A stretch of DNA of 64,000 nt from Minisyncoccia bacterium. GTDB taxonomy: Bacteria; Patescibacteriota; Minisyncoccia; Phycocordibacterales; UBA9973. Under the pieces are notes generated by a model that saw only the letters and a list, made by a program, of their open reading frames with translations, was not told the origin of the DNA and did no database searches. The translations under genes were made by a program, and so were the position numbers. The DNA lies in NCBI GenBank assembly GCA_965656375.1, contig CBFHKH010000001.1, forward strand, positions 217,319 to 281,318, in the 5' to 3' direction. This document shows positions 29,173 through 39,107 of the stretch, one piece after another. Position 1 is the first letter of the stretch, and every line of letters begins with the position of its first letter.

Positions 29173-30066
29173 TTAACTTACGCTTGCCATACCTGCACTA
29201 ATTTCTGATATTTCTTGTGTGATTCCTGCTTGGCGGGCTTTGTTAAACACCAGGGTTAGGTCATCTATCATCTCTCCGGCTGCCTCGCTTGCGTTCTTCA
29301 TGGCCACCATTCTCGATGATTGTTCGCTCGCACTTGATTCGAGAACCATTTGATATATCTGCATTCGAACCAATTTTTCTGCAAGCATTTCAATTAGTCT
29401 GTTTGTATCCCCTTCGAATATATACGACACGTTTGTTTCCTCCAACTGCTCTTTATCTTTTTCTTCAGCTAGGCTTTCTATCATTTCTTTCACTTCTTCT
29501 TTGCTGATTGGGAGGAGCTTTCTCGTACTTGCTTTTTGAGTAAGAGCGGAGATGAAATCTGTATAGACGACTCGAACATCTTTGTACACTCCCTCCTTGT
29601 ATTTTCGAGTTATGATTTCGGAAAGCGGACGTACATCCGAAAGCGTAGCATTGTCCGGGATCTCGATGAAGGAGGCTATGATATTCTGACCAACACGGCG
29701 CATGGCGTTGTCACCTTTTTTACCGACGGAGATTATCTCCGCATTTTTGCTTGTTTTCAAGAGTAAAAGAGCTTTCTTTATAGCTTGAGAATTGTACGAG
29801 CCGCAGAGGCCGCGATTCGAAGTGATGAGGACAATAAGAGATTTTTCGGAATCATTTTCACTAAAGAACGGATGTGTAACTTCATCAAGTTTGCTTGAAA
29901 GCGATATCAAAAGATCCCAAGAATAATCCGCATAGAGGCGGGAAGAAAGCGTTGCATTAACTGCACGCTTCATCTTTGAAGCAGCCACGAGTTCCATAGC
30001 CTTCGTGATCTTTTTGGTATTCTTCACCGAGCGTATTCTATTTTTAATTAATTTTTGATTCGCCAT
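29173..30066 (-). CDS. atpG: ATP synthase gamma subunit
   Basis: KITKAMELVA; RGLCG; RQAGITQEI. Confidence 0.97.
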   Translation of the reverse strand: MANQKLIKNRIRSVKNTKKITKAMELVAASKMKRAVNATLSSRLYADYSWDLLISLSSKLDEVTHPFFSENDSEKSLIVLITSNRGLCGSYNSQAIKKALLLLKTSKNAEIISVGKKGDNAMRRVGQNIIASFIEIPDNATLSDVRPLSEIITRKYKEGVYKDVRVVYTDFISALTQKASTRKLLPISKEEVKEMIESLAEEKDKEQLEETNVSYIFEGDTNRLIEMLAEKLVRMQIYQMVLESSASEQSSRMVAMKNASEAAGEMIDDLTLVFNKARQAGITQEISEISAGMASVS

Positions 30067-30072
30067 TATATT

Positions 30073-31575
30073 TTATTTTATAAATCCCTTTGCAAATTCT
30101 TCAATTGCGTTTTTGAGTGATGCTTCACTTTCATCTGTCCACATTTTGTTCTTTTCAATATCAGCGTAGAAATCTTTTGCATTTTGTTCTGCATAGTCAC
30201 CAAGCTCTTCCTCAAATTGTTTGATTTTATCTACTGGAATAGCATCCATGTAGCCTTTTACAAGCGCATAGAGAGTGACAATTTGGCGAATAGTGCCTAC
30301 TGGAGAATACTGAGGTTGCTTGAGAACTTCCACTGCACGTTTGCCTCGCTCGAGTTGACGCTTTGTAGCTTCATCAAGGTCGGAGCCGAATTGAGAGAAT
30401 GCTTCAAGCTCGCGGAATTGAGCAAGGTCAAGTTTAAGTGTACCCGCAACTTTCTTCATAGCTTTGATCTGAGCACTTCCTCCTACGCGTGACACGGAGT
30501 TACCGACGTTCACAGCAGGACGGATGCCTTTGTAGAAAAGATCAGTTTCAAGGAAGATCTGTCCATCAGTGATCGAGATGACATTGGTTGGAATGTATGC
30601 AGAAATGTCGCCGCCTTGAGTTTCAATGATTGGGAAAGCAGTAATCGAGCCACCACCGTATTCTTTGTTTCGGCGGGCAGCACGTTCTAATAGGCGTGAG
30701 TGTAAGTAGAACACATCGCCAGGGTATGCTTCACGGCCTGGTGGTCGGCGAAGAAGAAGTGAAATTTCGCGATATGCGACAGCGTGTTTGGAAAGATCAT
30801 CGTAAACGATAAGTACATCTTTACCCTGATCCATAAAGTATTCTGCGATTGAAACTCCAGTGTATGGAGCGATATATGAAAGCGCAGCAGCTTCAGACGA
30901 GCCAGCAGAGACGATGACGGTATAGTCCATTGCACCACCTTCTTCTAAACGAGTTTGAAGTTTGCGAAGCTTTGAATCTTTTTGACCGATAGAAACATAG
31001 ACACAGATCATATTCTGACCTTTTTGGTTTAAGATTGCGTCAATTGCAATAGCTGTTTTACCTGTCTGGCGATCACCAATGATAAGTTCACGTTGCCCAC
31101 GGCCAACGGGAATGATGGCATCGATCGCTTTGATACCAGTTTGCACGGGTTGATCTACACTTTGGCGGCTCATAACACCTGAGGCCACACGTTCAATAGG
31201 ATTTCTCTCTTTTGAAGCAACCTTACCTTTACCATCAATCGGCTCACCGAGCGCATTGAGTACGCGGCCAATCTGAGCATCTCCAACAGGAACAGAAAGG
31301 ATCTCACCAGTTCCCTTTACTTCATCACCTTCCTTAATCCCTGAGAATCCCCCGAGGATAATGACACCAACTGAATCCTCGTCGAGGTTGAGCGCTACAC
31401 CTGTTGCACCCGATGAAAATGCAACCATTTCTGATGCTTTCAAATCAGATAGTCCTGAAACCTTAGCAATACCATCGAATACTTCGATAACATGGCCAAC
31501 TTTCTCTGCTTTTGCTTCAAGTTGGAATTTTTCGATTTCCTTTTTTAAATTTTCTACTATTGTATTCTTTGCCAT
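30073..31575 (-). CDS. atpA: ATP synthase alpha subunit
   Basis: GDRQTGKT; [12 protein letters not shown]. Confidence 0.98.
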   Translation of the reverse strand: MAKNTIVENLKKEIEKFQLEAKAEKVGHVIEVFDGIAKVSGLSDLKASEMVAFSSGATGVALNLDEDSVGVIILGGFSGIKEGDEVKGTGEILSVPVGDAQIGRVLNALGEPIDGKGKVASKERNPIERVASGVMSRQSVDQPVQTGIKAIDAIIPVGRGQRELIIGDRQTGKTAIAIDAILNQKGQNMICVYVSIGQKDSKLRKLQTRLEEGGAMDYTVIVSAGSSEAAALSYIAPYTGVSIAEYFMDQGKDVLIVYDDLSKHAVAYREISLLLRRPPGREAYPGDVFYLHSRLLERAARRNKEYGGGSITAFPIIETQGGDISAYIPTNVISITDGQIFLETDLFYKGIRPAVNVGNSVSRVGGSAQIKAMKKVAGTLKLDLAQFRELEAFSQFGSDLDEATKRQLERGKRAVEVLKQPQYSPVGTIRQIVTLYALVKGYMDAIPVDKIKQFEEELGDYAEQNAKDFYADIEKNKMWTDESEASLKNAIEEFAKGFIK

Positions 31576-31576
31576 A

Positions 31577-31984
31577 TTAGTTTTTTGTTAAATGTGTTTG
31601 TAATTGGTGTAACCGGTGTGAGAGGGAGAGATCGATGACTTCACCATTTACTTCGATTTTGAGTCCACCTATCAATCGTTTATCAATACTCTCTTCTATC
31701 GCTACTTCATTTGCCCGGTATCTTTTTTTGAGGTTCTCTTCTAATTCTTCAATCATTTTCTTCGGTAGAGTATCTGCGCTTTTTATCTTTGCTCTAATAA
31801 CACCTTCTTCTCTATCGATCACATTCTCAAGATGAGAAAGGATTTCTTTTGACTTTCCGTGGAGTTGATTTTTGTCAAAGAATTCTACGGTGTTTTTGAG
31901 AGTGCGAGTAAGTTCTGCACCACTCTTGCCTCGAGTTGCTTCATAGATAGCTTCTGCAATTGTTTTTGTGGAACGTACTTTCAT
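31577..31984 (-). CDS. atpH: ATP synthase delta subunit (short form)
   Basis: [17 protein letters not shown]; operon position. Confidence 0.9.
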   Translation of the reverse strand: MKVRSTKTIAEAIYEATRGKSGAELTRTLKNTVEFFDKNQLHGKSKEILSHLENVIDREEGVIRAKIKSADTLPKKMIEELEENLKKRYRANEVAIEESIDKRLIGGLKIEVNGEVIDLSLSHRLHQLQTHLTKN

Positions 31985-31985
31985 T

Positions 31986-32477
31986 TTATATCTTGTTTAC
32001 TTTTTTGATTGCCTTTTCGGTTACTGATTTATCGGATTGATCATGAAGGACTTTCTCAGTCGCGGCAACGACAAGAGATACAATCTCAGCCTTTGCTTCC
32101 TCAATCATTTTTGATTTCTCCGCTTCGAGATTCTTTTTCCCGGCCAAAATCATTGCATCAACTTCCGCCTGTGCTTTCTCTATCATTTCTGTCCTCTTTA
32201 TCTCTGCATCCTTTTTGCCTTCTTGGAATAAATCATGTGCTTCGGCACGAGCTTTAGAGAGCACCTCTTCATATTCTTTCTGAGTAGAGGCAATAAGGAG
32301 TGCACTATGTTTTGCATCATCGATGCCTTTTTCTATAGTTCGTGTGCGCTCGCTCATGACCTTTTTGAGGGGTTTGAGAGCAAACATGTAAAGAACGATA
32401 AAGATAATAGCAAAGTTTATTGCTTGAGCGATGAGAATCTTCCAATCTATATGAAATGTAGTGATAAATGAATCCAT
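31986..32477 (-). CDS. atpF: ATP synthase b subunit
   Basis: IAQAINF TM followed by coiled coil. Confidence 0.95.
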   Translation of the reverse strand: MDSFITTFHIDWKILIAQAINFAIIFIVLYMFALKPLKKVMSERTRTIEKGIDDAKHSALLIASTQKEYEEVLSKARAEAHDLFQEGKKDAEIKRTEMIEKAQAEVDAMILAGKKNLEAEKSKMIEEAKAEIVSLVVAATEKVLHDQSDKSVTEKAIKKVNKI

Positions 32478-32484
32478 AAAATTC

Positions 32485-32557
32485 TAGCTGTTAGCGGCTA
32501 GCTTCTAGCAACTAGCGAGGATAATCCTGCTAGATGCCAGTGGCTAATAGCTACGTG

Positions 32558-32560
<3 letters not shown>
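32485..32560. repeat. 7-nt-period TAGC/GCTA inverted tandem repeat
   Basis: TAGC at 32485/92/99/506/513; GCTA-like at 32529/36/43/50/57. Confidence 0.75.
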
Positions 32561-32803
<243 letters not shown>

Positions 32804-32825
32804 TTACTAATTATTTCCAAACTAT

Positions 32826-32880
32826 ATCGGAAATTACTTTTAGAAAAGACCGGATTTCTTTTCCAAAAGTAATTTCCGAT
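32826..32880. repeat. 55-bp hairpin in atpB-atpE spacer
   Basis: 16-bp perfect arms ATCGGAAATTACTTTT plus 7 more bp. Confidence 0.8.
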
Positions 32881-33782
32881 TATGTTGTTTTATGCAAGGC
32901 ATGTTCTTCATGTGCATGCTTCTCATCATGCTCATCATGATCTGTCGCAGCTATTGTGAAGTACACAAGTGTAAGCAATGAAAAGATAAACGCCTGAATG
33001 AGTCCCACGAATATTTCAAGGCCAATGAATGGTAATGGCAGTATGTATGCAAGAATGGCACCCATTGCCATGAGCAGCACTTCTCCAGCAAAAACGTTAC
33101 CAAAAAGACGGAATGAAAGAGAGGCTATCTTTGCGAATTCACCGATGAGTTCAAGGATTCCGACGAAGAACATAATTGGAGCAGAAATAAGGATGGTAGG
33201 CTCCTTACGAGCTTTCCGTATTGCCTCTCCAAACGCCTTTAGATTAACATATTTATTGAACATTTTCCACACACCAATAGAGAGTATTCCAAAGACGTTT
33301 GAACCAATAACAGCTACGAGTCCGAGCGCAAGCGTTGTATTGATATCTGCTGTGCCGCTTCGAATAAGCGGTATGAATGTCTTGCCATGTTCAGTCATCT
33401 CGATGATGCCAAACCCGCCAAGCGGAAGGATTCCAAACCAGTTTGATATGAGGACAAATATGAAAATAGTGAATGCGAGCGGGAAAACTCGCGCAGTAAT
33501 CTTTTTATCTCCAGTTACAGAGTCTGCAAGACTCATTGCCCCTTCGACAATATACTCAAAGAAATTCTGGAAGCCTTTTGGAATCTGCTTTATCTTGAAT
33601 TTGAGAATCAAAGAAAATACTAAAACGACAAGGACAACAAGCCATGTAGTAAAAACTGAATTTGTGATCTCGAATGATCCGATGTGTCCGATCGGCTCAG
33701 CATAGAGTGTTGACTCATGAGAGACCTCTTCATGAGTTTCTGTAGTTGCTATTATATTTTCTTCTACGTTATGTGTCGTCAT
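32880..33782 (-). CDS. atpB: ATP synthase a subunit
   Basis: SLSFRLFGNVFAGE; IQAFIF. Confidence 0.96.
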   Translation of the reverse strand: MTTHNVEENIIATTETHEEVSHESTLYAEPIGHIGSFEITNSVFTTWLVVLVVLVFSLILKFKIKQIPKGFQNFFEYIVEGAMSLADSVTGDKKITARVFPLAFTIFIFVLISNWFGILPLGGFGIIEMTEHGKTFIPLIRSGTADINTTLALGLVAVIGSNVFGILSIGVWKMFNKYVNLKAFGEAIRKARKEPTILISAPIMFFVGILELIGEFAKIASLSFRLFGNVFAGEVLLMAMGAILAYILPLPFIGLEIFVGLIQAFIFSLLTLVYFTIAATDHDEHDEKHAHEEHALHKTT

Positions 33783-34026
33783 TGTTTTCGTGTAATATCT
33801 CTGTGTCATATTTCTTGGCAATCTTTACTATCATGATCATAGAAATAGTAAATGATATAGCAAGTCCAACTCCAAGTATCCATGGCGTGGTGCCAAACTT
33901 TGTATCAAGGTATCTGCCTATAAAAGCGCTTACGAGTACCGGGCCGATAATCCAAGCAGAAATCCTCGTAAATACCCGCATATACTCAATTCTCAGTTTA
34001 GATTGCTTGTTGTCGGTATTTCTCAT
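33769..34026 (-). CDS. AtpZ/AtpI family protein
   Basis: IGRYLDTKFGTTPW motif; first gene of atp operon. Confidence 0.85.
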   Translation of the reverse strand: MRNTDNKQSKLRIEYMRVFTRISAWIIGPVLVSAFIGRYLDTKFGTTPWILGVGLAISFTISMIMIVKIAKKYDTEILHENNDDT

Positions 34027-34134
34027 AAAAAGAAAGCGGCCGAAGCCGAGCCCACTATATCAATAAATTGCGATATTTTCAAGTTTTTGCTATAGTATTC
34101 CTACGTTTTAAGGTTTGTGTAAAGCATGAATAAT

Positions 34135-34206
34135 GCGTGTGTAGTTCAGTGGTAGAACGCTGTCCTGATAAGACAGAGGTCGAAGGTTCGATTCCTTCCA
34201 CACGCA
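34135..34206 (+). tRNA. tRNA-Ile(GAT), CCA not encoded
   Basis: GCGTGTG/CACACGC acceptor; CTGTC-CTGATAA-GACAG anticodon arm; GAAGG-TTCGATT-CCTTC T-arm. Confidence 0.95.
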
Positions 34207-34208
34207 CA

Positions 34209-34336
34209 ACTTTATTTGGGTGCGTGAGTAAGTAAACTGCTTTACTTACGTGAAGGAATCGAAAGAGTTTTCTGTATTGCTTTGCAAACAGAAAACTACC
34301 TGCGACCGTAGGGCGGGATAACGTTCCACACGCACA
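34209..34336 (+). mobile_element. tRNA-3'-associated non-coding element, Ile copy
   Basis: 13-bp direct repeat TTCCACACGCACA (34196-34208 and 34324-34336); internal antisense to the tRNA; scaffold shared with 50400-50526. Mobility is inferred. Confidence 0.65.
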
Positions 34337-34370
34337 GCATCACAAGGTGAAATTACTTTCTATCATCTAA

Positions 34371-34400
34371 CAAAAATACTCCCGAGAGGGAGTATTTTTG
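34371..34400. terminator. Bidirectional terminator
   Basis: CAAAAATACTCCC-GAGA-GGGAGTATTTTTG. Confidence 0.85.
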
Positions 34401-34423
34401 CGATAGAGTTTAGTGATACTGAA

Positions 34424-34711
34424 TTATCTGTTTCCACGGAAACCGCCACCTGCTGGGCGCTCTTCCATTGGACGAGCTTCGTTCACTGTAAGGTTACGAC
34501 CTTCGTAATCCTTGCCGTCAAACATTGAGATAGCTGTCGCAGCATCAGCATCGTTTTCCATTTCAACGAAACCGAAGCCTTTTGAGCGACCTGTCATCTT
34601 GTCCATAATAATAGTTGCTGATGCAACTGGGCCTGCTTGCTCAAAATGTGATTTGAGCTCATCGTTGGTCGTCTTGTAAGGGAGACCACCGACATATAAC
34701 TTCTTTGCCAT
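34424..34711 (-). CDS. RRM RNA-binding protein
   Basis: LYVGGL (RNP2) and SKGFGFVEM (RNP1). Confidence 0.95.
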   Translation of the reverse strand: MAKKLYVGGLPYKTTNDELKSHFEQAGPVASATIIMDKMTGRSKGFGFVEMENDADAATAISMFDGKDYEGRNLTVNEARPMEERPAGGGFRGNR

Positions 34712-35072
34712 ATATGACAATGTGCTTCTTGTAGCGTACTTGCATACATCTACTTGAAGAAACTAATTTATAAATGTAATCGCATAGCCGATTTTCATTT
34801 ACATACGGAATGTTTGAAAACAGTACAGTATGAAACAATAACCAAAACGTGTGACAACTACTAGTTAAAAGAATACCACACATATCCTTTGTTTACAACA
34901 TTTCTGGTGTTATTTTTATATTGACAATATATATTATATATGCTATAATACCCATCAAAGAGCCATCTAGCTTTATTACTCCTGTTACGAATTTACAAAT
35001 ATATTTTTGTAAATCGCTGCTTTTTGCCCTATCTTGGGTGAACAGGTAATAAAGAATTAAAATATTTTAGTT

Positions 35073-35417
35073 ATGGCACAGTTAAAAATCAACAAAGGCT
35101 ACACTGCTTATGATGTAGACAATTTTGAAGGCAAAACACATTTATTCACCTTTGATGGAGATCTAGACAAGCTTATCAAATCTTTGCGTGAACTATTTCC
35201 TAATCCATGTGAGTTTTCACTAAATTTGGGAATATCGAGACGTGATGATATCGATACGTATTACATGATTTCAGATTGGGATGAACAAATGGAGTGTTGG
35301 GCTGATGAGACAGAGGTTTGGGAAGAACATATTGATTGTCATGATCCACAGGTTACTCTTGTGGTTATCACTGAAATCGGTAATGAGTATTATTCAAAAC
35401 CTGAATCAACCTATTAA
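35073..35417 (+). CDS. Acidic hypothetical (orphan) protein
   Basis: Consensus promoter TTGACA-17-TATAAT at 34921-34949 and downstream hairpin. Confidence 0.65.
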   Translation: MAQLKINKGYTAYDVDNFEGKTHLFTFDGDLDKLIKSLRELFPNPCEFSLNLGISRRDDIDTYYMISDWDEQMECWADETEVWEEHIDCHDPQVTLVVITEIGNEYYSKPESTY

Positions 35418-35462
35418 AGTGTAGTTAAAAGAATATCCCTCTGCTTCTGCGGAGGGAATTTT

Positions 35463-36404
35463 TTATTCCTCGTCTGCATCCCCTACCTCACCTGATGCGA
35501 GTCCATCTATTATCTTCTCAATTCTGCCTTGCATTATACCTGGAATATTTGACCACGATTGCTTGATGCGGTGATCGGTGACGCGGTCTTGTGGGAAATT
35601 GTATGTACGTATTTTCTCGCTGCGATCGGCAGTACCAATTTGAGCCTTTCGATCACCGGAATATTTCTTTGCATCCTCTTCATCTTGAAGCATTTGAAGC
35701 TTCGCAAGCAGTATACTCATCGCTTTTTCTCGATTACCAAGTTGGCTGCGCTCAGATGTTGAACGAACATCAATACCTGTCGGCTTGTGAATGAGTCGGA
35801 CAGCCGTTTCCACCTTGTTCACATTCTGCCCGCCTGCGCCGCCTGATCGCGAATATTCCATATCGAGGTCAGCTGGGTTTATCTCAATTTTACTTTTCTT
35901 TCTGATAGGAAGAATGGCGATTGAAGCGGTAGAAGTGTGGATTCGGCCATTTTTCTCAGTTGCAGGCACTCGCTGGACGCGGTGCACTCCTGTTTCAAAG
36001 CGCAACAGCTTATATACATCGCGTCCTTTGATTTCGAGGGTGTATTCATCAAGGTGTCTCGAGTTCCATCCCTTACTATCAGCGAATCGCTCATACATTG
36101 CTACAAGTTCAAGCGCAAAGAGTGATGCTTCATCACCACCTGCACCTGCACGTGCCTCCAAAATAATCTCATTAGGAAATTCTTCTTCCTCAGCATCAGC
36201 TTTCATAATCTCCTCTAATTGTCTCTCAATCGCTTCTTTTTGAAATGTGATGTTCTGAAGCTCTTCGTCAGCTAAATCACGCAAAGATGAATCTTCTCTT
36301 ACCATGTCGTTTACTTTTTTTTCTTCACCCAAAAGACGCTCGTATTCACCGGCAAAATAGCTCGTCTTATGATCTTTTTTTAATTCAGCTAAATCTAATT
36401 CCAT
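35463..36404 (-). CDS. prfA: Peptide chain release factor 1
   Basis: GGQ; PAT specificity motif; IRTYNFPQ. Confidence 0.95.
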   Translation of the reverse strand: MELDLAELKKDHKTSYFAGEYERLLGEEKKVNDMVREDSSLRDLADEELQNITFQKEAIERQLEEIMKADAEEEEFPNEIILEARAGAGGDEASLFALELVAMYERFADSKGWNSRHLDEYTLEIKGRDVYKLLRFETGVHRVQRVPATEKNGRIHTSTASIAILPIRKKSKIEINPADLDMEYSRSGGAGGQNVNKVETAVRLIHKPTGIDVRSTSERSQLGNREKAMSILLAKLQMLQDEEDAKKYSGDRKAQIGTADRSEKIRTYNFPQDRVTDHRIKQSWSNIPGIMQGRIEKIIDGLASGEVGDADEE

Positions 36405-36537
36405 AGTGTGCTTTGATTATAACAATAAAATCAAAAGAACAATATTCTCCGTAATTCGCACTCTGGCCTGAAAAACCTATGTCTATCTGGTGGTAGCGCA
36501 GATTACTTCGAATATGTTCTTTTTCATTTATTTTCAG

Positions 36538-36700
36538 AACTAAAAAATCTTAAAATAGTTTTCAAGAAATGTCTTGCGCAGAAGCTTAGAAAATAAAGAA
36601 GGTAATCCAACTATTATTTTCTTGAGCGACGAGCAGAGAAAATTTTCAGTAGAAAATTATTCGTGCATTTCGAGAAAAGCTATTTTAAGATTTTTTAGTT
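36538..36700. repeat. Palindromic structured element, copy B (after rpmE)
   Basis: 21-bp perfect terminal IR AACTAAAAAATCTTAAAATAG; homologous to 27631-27781. Confidence 0.78.
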
Positions 36701-36914
36701 ACTTCTTTGTTTTTGCAACCGCAGCGCGTTTTTTGAAGCGGTCTACGCGGCCTGCAGTATCGAGAACCTTCTCATTGCCTGTATAAAATGGGTGGCACTG
36801 ACTGCAGATTTCAACATTGATTTCATCGAGAGTCGAACCTACTGTAAATGACTTGCCGCATGCGCAGACAACTTTTGAGGCGTTATTGTACTTTGGGTGT
36901 ATTGCTTTCTTCAT
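36699..36914 (-). CDS. rpmE: 50S ribosomal protein L31 (Zn-binding form)
   Basis: [19 protein letters not shown] and AGRVDRF motifs. Confidence 0.97.
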   Translation of the reverse strand: MKKAIHPKYNNASKVVCACGKSFTVGSTLDEINVEICSQCHPFYTGNEKVLDTAGRVDRFKKRAAVAKTKK

Positions 36915-36940
36915 AAGGAGCTTATTCTAGCACGGGTTTA

Positions 36941-38317
36941 TTAGTTTTGCAACGGGTCGATCATTTTTGTCTGAATGCTCTCTTTCTTGGCCATAACTTG
37001 CTTTCCATAGGCACAGGTAGATCCGCCACTTCCATAGTATTTACATGCCGCTTTGATCTGAGCTGAATAGCCACCACCGCTTGCTCCGAGGTCTGACAAG
37101 AAGGTTGCAGATGCCATAAATGCATCTGGCGGGTTCCACGGGTCGGGCATCGCCACCCCAAGGGATTTTGCGACTTTCTTTGCTATTCCTTTCCATGTAG
37201 ACGGTATGAATTGCGCAGGACCCATAGCTCCTCCCCAACTAGATGCACCCGCTGACGCGATCGGACACGACACAAGCGTTCGAGCTGGATCACGACCAAG
37301 TGCAAGCGTGATCTCTGTAAACGGTCCGATATCACGACTCGGTTTCATCACATTCTTAAATGTTTTATTGCTCTTTGAGCTAATACCTTCTCCAGTTTCC
37401 ATATTTGTCACATAACATGAACCTTGATCAGTACCGAGGTTACTTTCCTGAGTAATGATGGCTAAAATAAATGCAGTATCCACGCCGGTAACCTTCGAAG
37501 CACTTGTAGCGTATTCAAGAGCTTTTCCAAATGGAATTGCAGATACATCGCGAAGATTGAAAAGTACTGCGAGGATCTCTGCTCTTCGTTTTGCCTTTGC
37601 ATCCAAGACTTTTTGGTATTCTTTTTCTTTGTTTTTACTGATCGAAAGGAGCTGCTGTTTTTCTGCTTCGTTTGATTCGACTTGCTTTTTACTCGTTTCA
37701 AGCTGAACTTTCACATCAGTGGCTTCATCTTTCTTCTTTTCAAGTTCTTTCTTTTCAGTTTCAGTCTCAGTTTTTACTCCTCTAATTTCATCGACTGATT
37801 CTTTGATGCCTTCTTTGAGTGATGCAAATGCGTCGATATCTCCATACGCGTCGGAAAGATTATCTTTTGACAAGATGAAAGAAAGTAGAGATTTCTCATC
37901 AAGTTCTCTGTCCTTGCGCAATAATTGCGCAAGTGATTCTTTTTCTGTATCGATCTTGGTTGTCAGGTTTTCTATCGTTTTATTTTTTTGAGTTATTTCA
38001 CCTCCGAGTTTTTTGATAACGAGATTTTTTGCCTGAATATCGAGTTTTGCTTTTTTAATTTGTGTAGTAAGGATGGCGATATCGCGTGACAAAGAGACAG
38101 ATTGACCCTTTTGACCATCAAGTTCCTTCTGCTTTTGAGCGATTTCCTGTACGAGCTGGTCGTATTCACTTTGTAATCGAGCTCTATCTGCTTGGGCATT
38201 TTGGAGCGCTTGATCAGCCGCAAATACAGGCGTATGTGTGACAGAAAAGCTGGTAAATACCAACATACCTATTAAGAATAATGAAAAAATATATTTAAAA
38301 TTACGTTTTAGGTGCAT
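36941..38317 (-). CDS. Secreted coiled-coil lytic transglycosylase-like protein
   Basis: Signal peptide, long coiled coil, IITQES and GAMGPAQFIPSTW. Confidence 0.85.
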   Translation of the reverse strand: MHLKRNFKYIFSLFLIGMLVFTSFSVTHTPVFAADQALQNAQADRARLQSEYDQLVQEIAQKQKELDGQKGQSVSLSRDIAILTTQIKKAKLDIQAKNLVIKKLGGEITQKNKTIENLTTKIDTEKESLAQLLRKDRELDEKSLLSFILSKDNLSDAYGDIDAFASLKEGIKESVDEIRGVKTETETEKKELEKKKDEATDVKVQLETSKKQVESNEAEKQQLLSISKNKEKEYQKVLDAKAKRRAEILAVLFNLRDVSAIPFGKALEYATSASKVTGVDTAFILAIITQESNLGTDQGSCYVTNMETGEGISSKSNKTFKNVMKPSRDIGPFTEITLALGRDPARTLVSCPIASAGASSWGGAMGPAQFIPSTWKGIAKKVAKSLGVAMPDPWNPPDAFMASATFLSDLGASGGGYSAQIKAACKYYGSGGSTCAYGKQVMAKKESIQTKMIDPLQN

Positions 38318-38387
38318 ACTGACTCAGTATATCATATAAAATCCCCTCTCGCTTTCGCGTAAGGGGACCTTATAAATACGTATATTA

Positions 38388-39026
38388 TTACTCTCCTGCT
38401 TGATCTGTCGTTTCGTCTTCTTTCTTACCCTTTTTCTCGACTTCAATAGCAGAAAGGTCAACTGGAGCTTCTTCTTTTTCTTCTTTTGCTGCTGCGACAA
38501 GCGCAACGACTTCCATACCATCTGTAACCAGAGTAACTCCTTTTGGAAGTACTATATCAGCTGCGTGCAATTGATTTTCGAGTGTTTCAAGGCTTGAAAT
38601 ATCAACGACAATAGAATGTGGCAAATCCTTTGGTAAAGCTTCTACATGTACTTCGTGAAGTACTTTTACGAGTGAACCAAGACCTGCTTTTTCGGCAGGT
38701 GCTACCCCTGTAAATTCAAGCGGGATATTGACCTGTACTGGTTTGTTCATATCAATAGCCAGAAAGTCAACGTGGATCGGGAATCCCTTCACTGGGTCAA
38801 CTTGGAGGTCATGAATAAGTACATCAATTTTTTTACCTTCAAGGTCAAGCGCTATAGTGCTTGATTCGCCGGCTATCTTCCAAGCTTTTATGAAATCGAC
38901 ACTCGGTACGGAAATTGATGTGTTTTCCACACGAGCGCCATAGACGACTGCTGGGACCATGCCGTTACTTCGCACGTCACCGAGCTTGTCTGCCTTACTT
39001 CGCTTTGTTGCGGTTAATGTTTGCAT
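38388..39026 (-). CDS. rplY: 50S ribosomal protein L25/Ctc
   Basis: VPAVVYG, Q.DPV..IHVDF and PKDLP motifs. Confidence 0.93.
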   Translation of the reverse strand: MQTLTATKRSKADKLGDVRSNGMVPAVVYGARVENTSISVPSVDFIKAWKIAGESSTIALDLEGKKIDVLIHDLQVDPVKGFPIHVDFLAIDMNKPVQVNIPLEFTGVAPAEKAGLGSLVKVLHEVHVEALPKDLPHSIVVDISSLETLENQLHAADIVLPKGVTLVTDGMEVVALVAAAKEEKEEAPVDLSAIEVEKKGKKEDETTDQAGE

Positions 39027-39107
39027 GGGCATTATAATAGCACACAAAGTTCGTGTGTGCAAATACAACTATTGACAATTTTCGGATAGAAGGTATATAC
39101 TTGTATA

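Noticed and set aside
32998-33705. 235-aa plus-strand ORF (and similar antisense ORFs such as 7789-8472, 6309-6770, 58170-58721, 10923-11315)
   Set aside because: These are shadow frames opposite well-supported genes, with no motifs or expression signals.
34196-34336. Prophage or genomic island at tRNA-Ile
   Set aside because: The direct repeats are only 128 bp apart and no integrase or phage genes are nearby; reported instead as a miniature element.
36574-36786. 70-aa ORF across element B
   Set aside because: It is antisense to rpmE and spans a palindromic repeat; no coding evidence.
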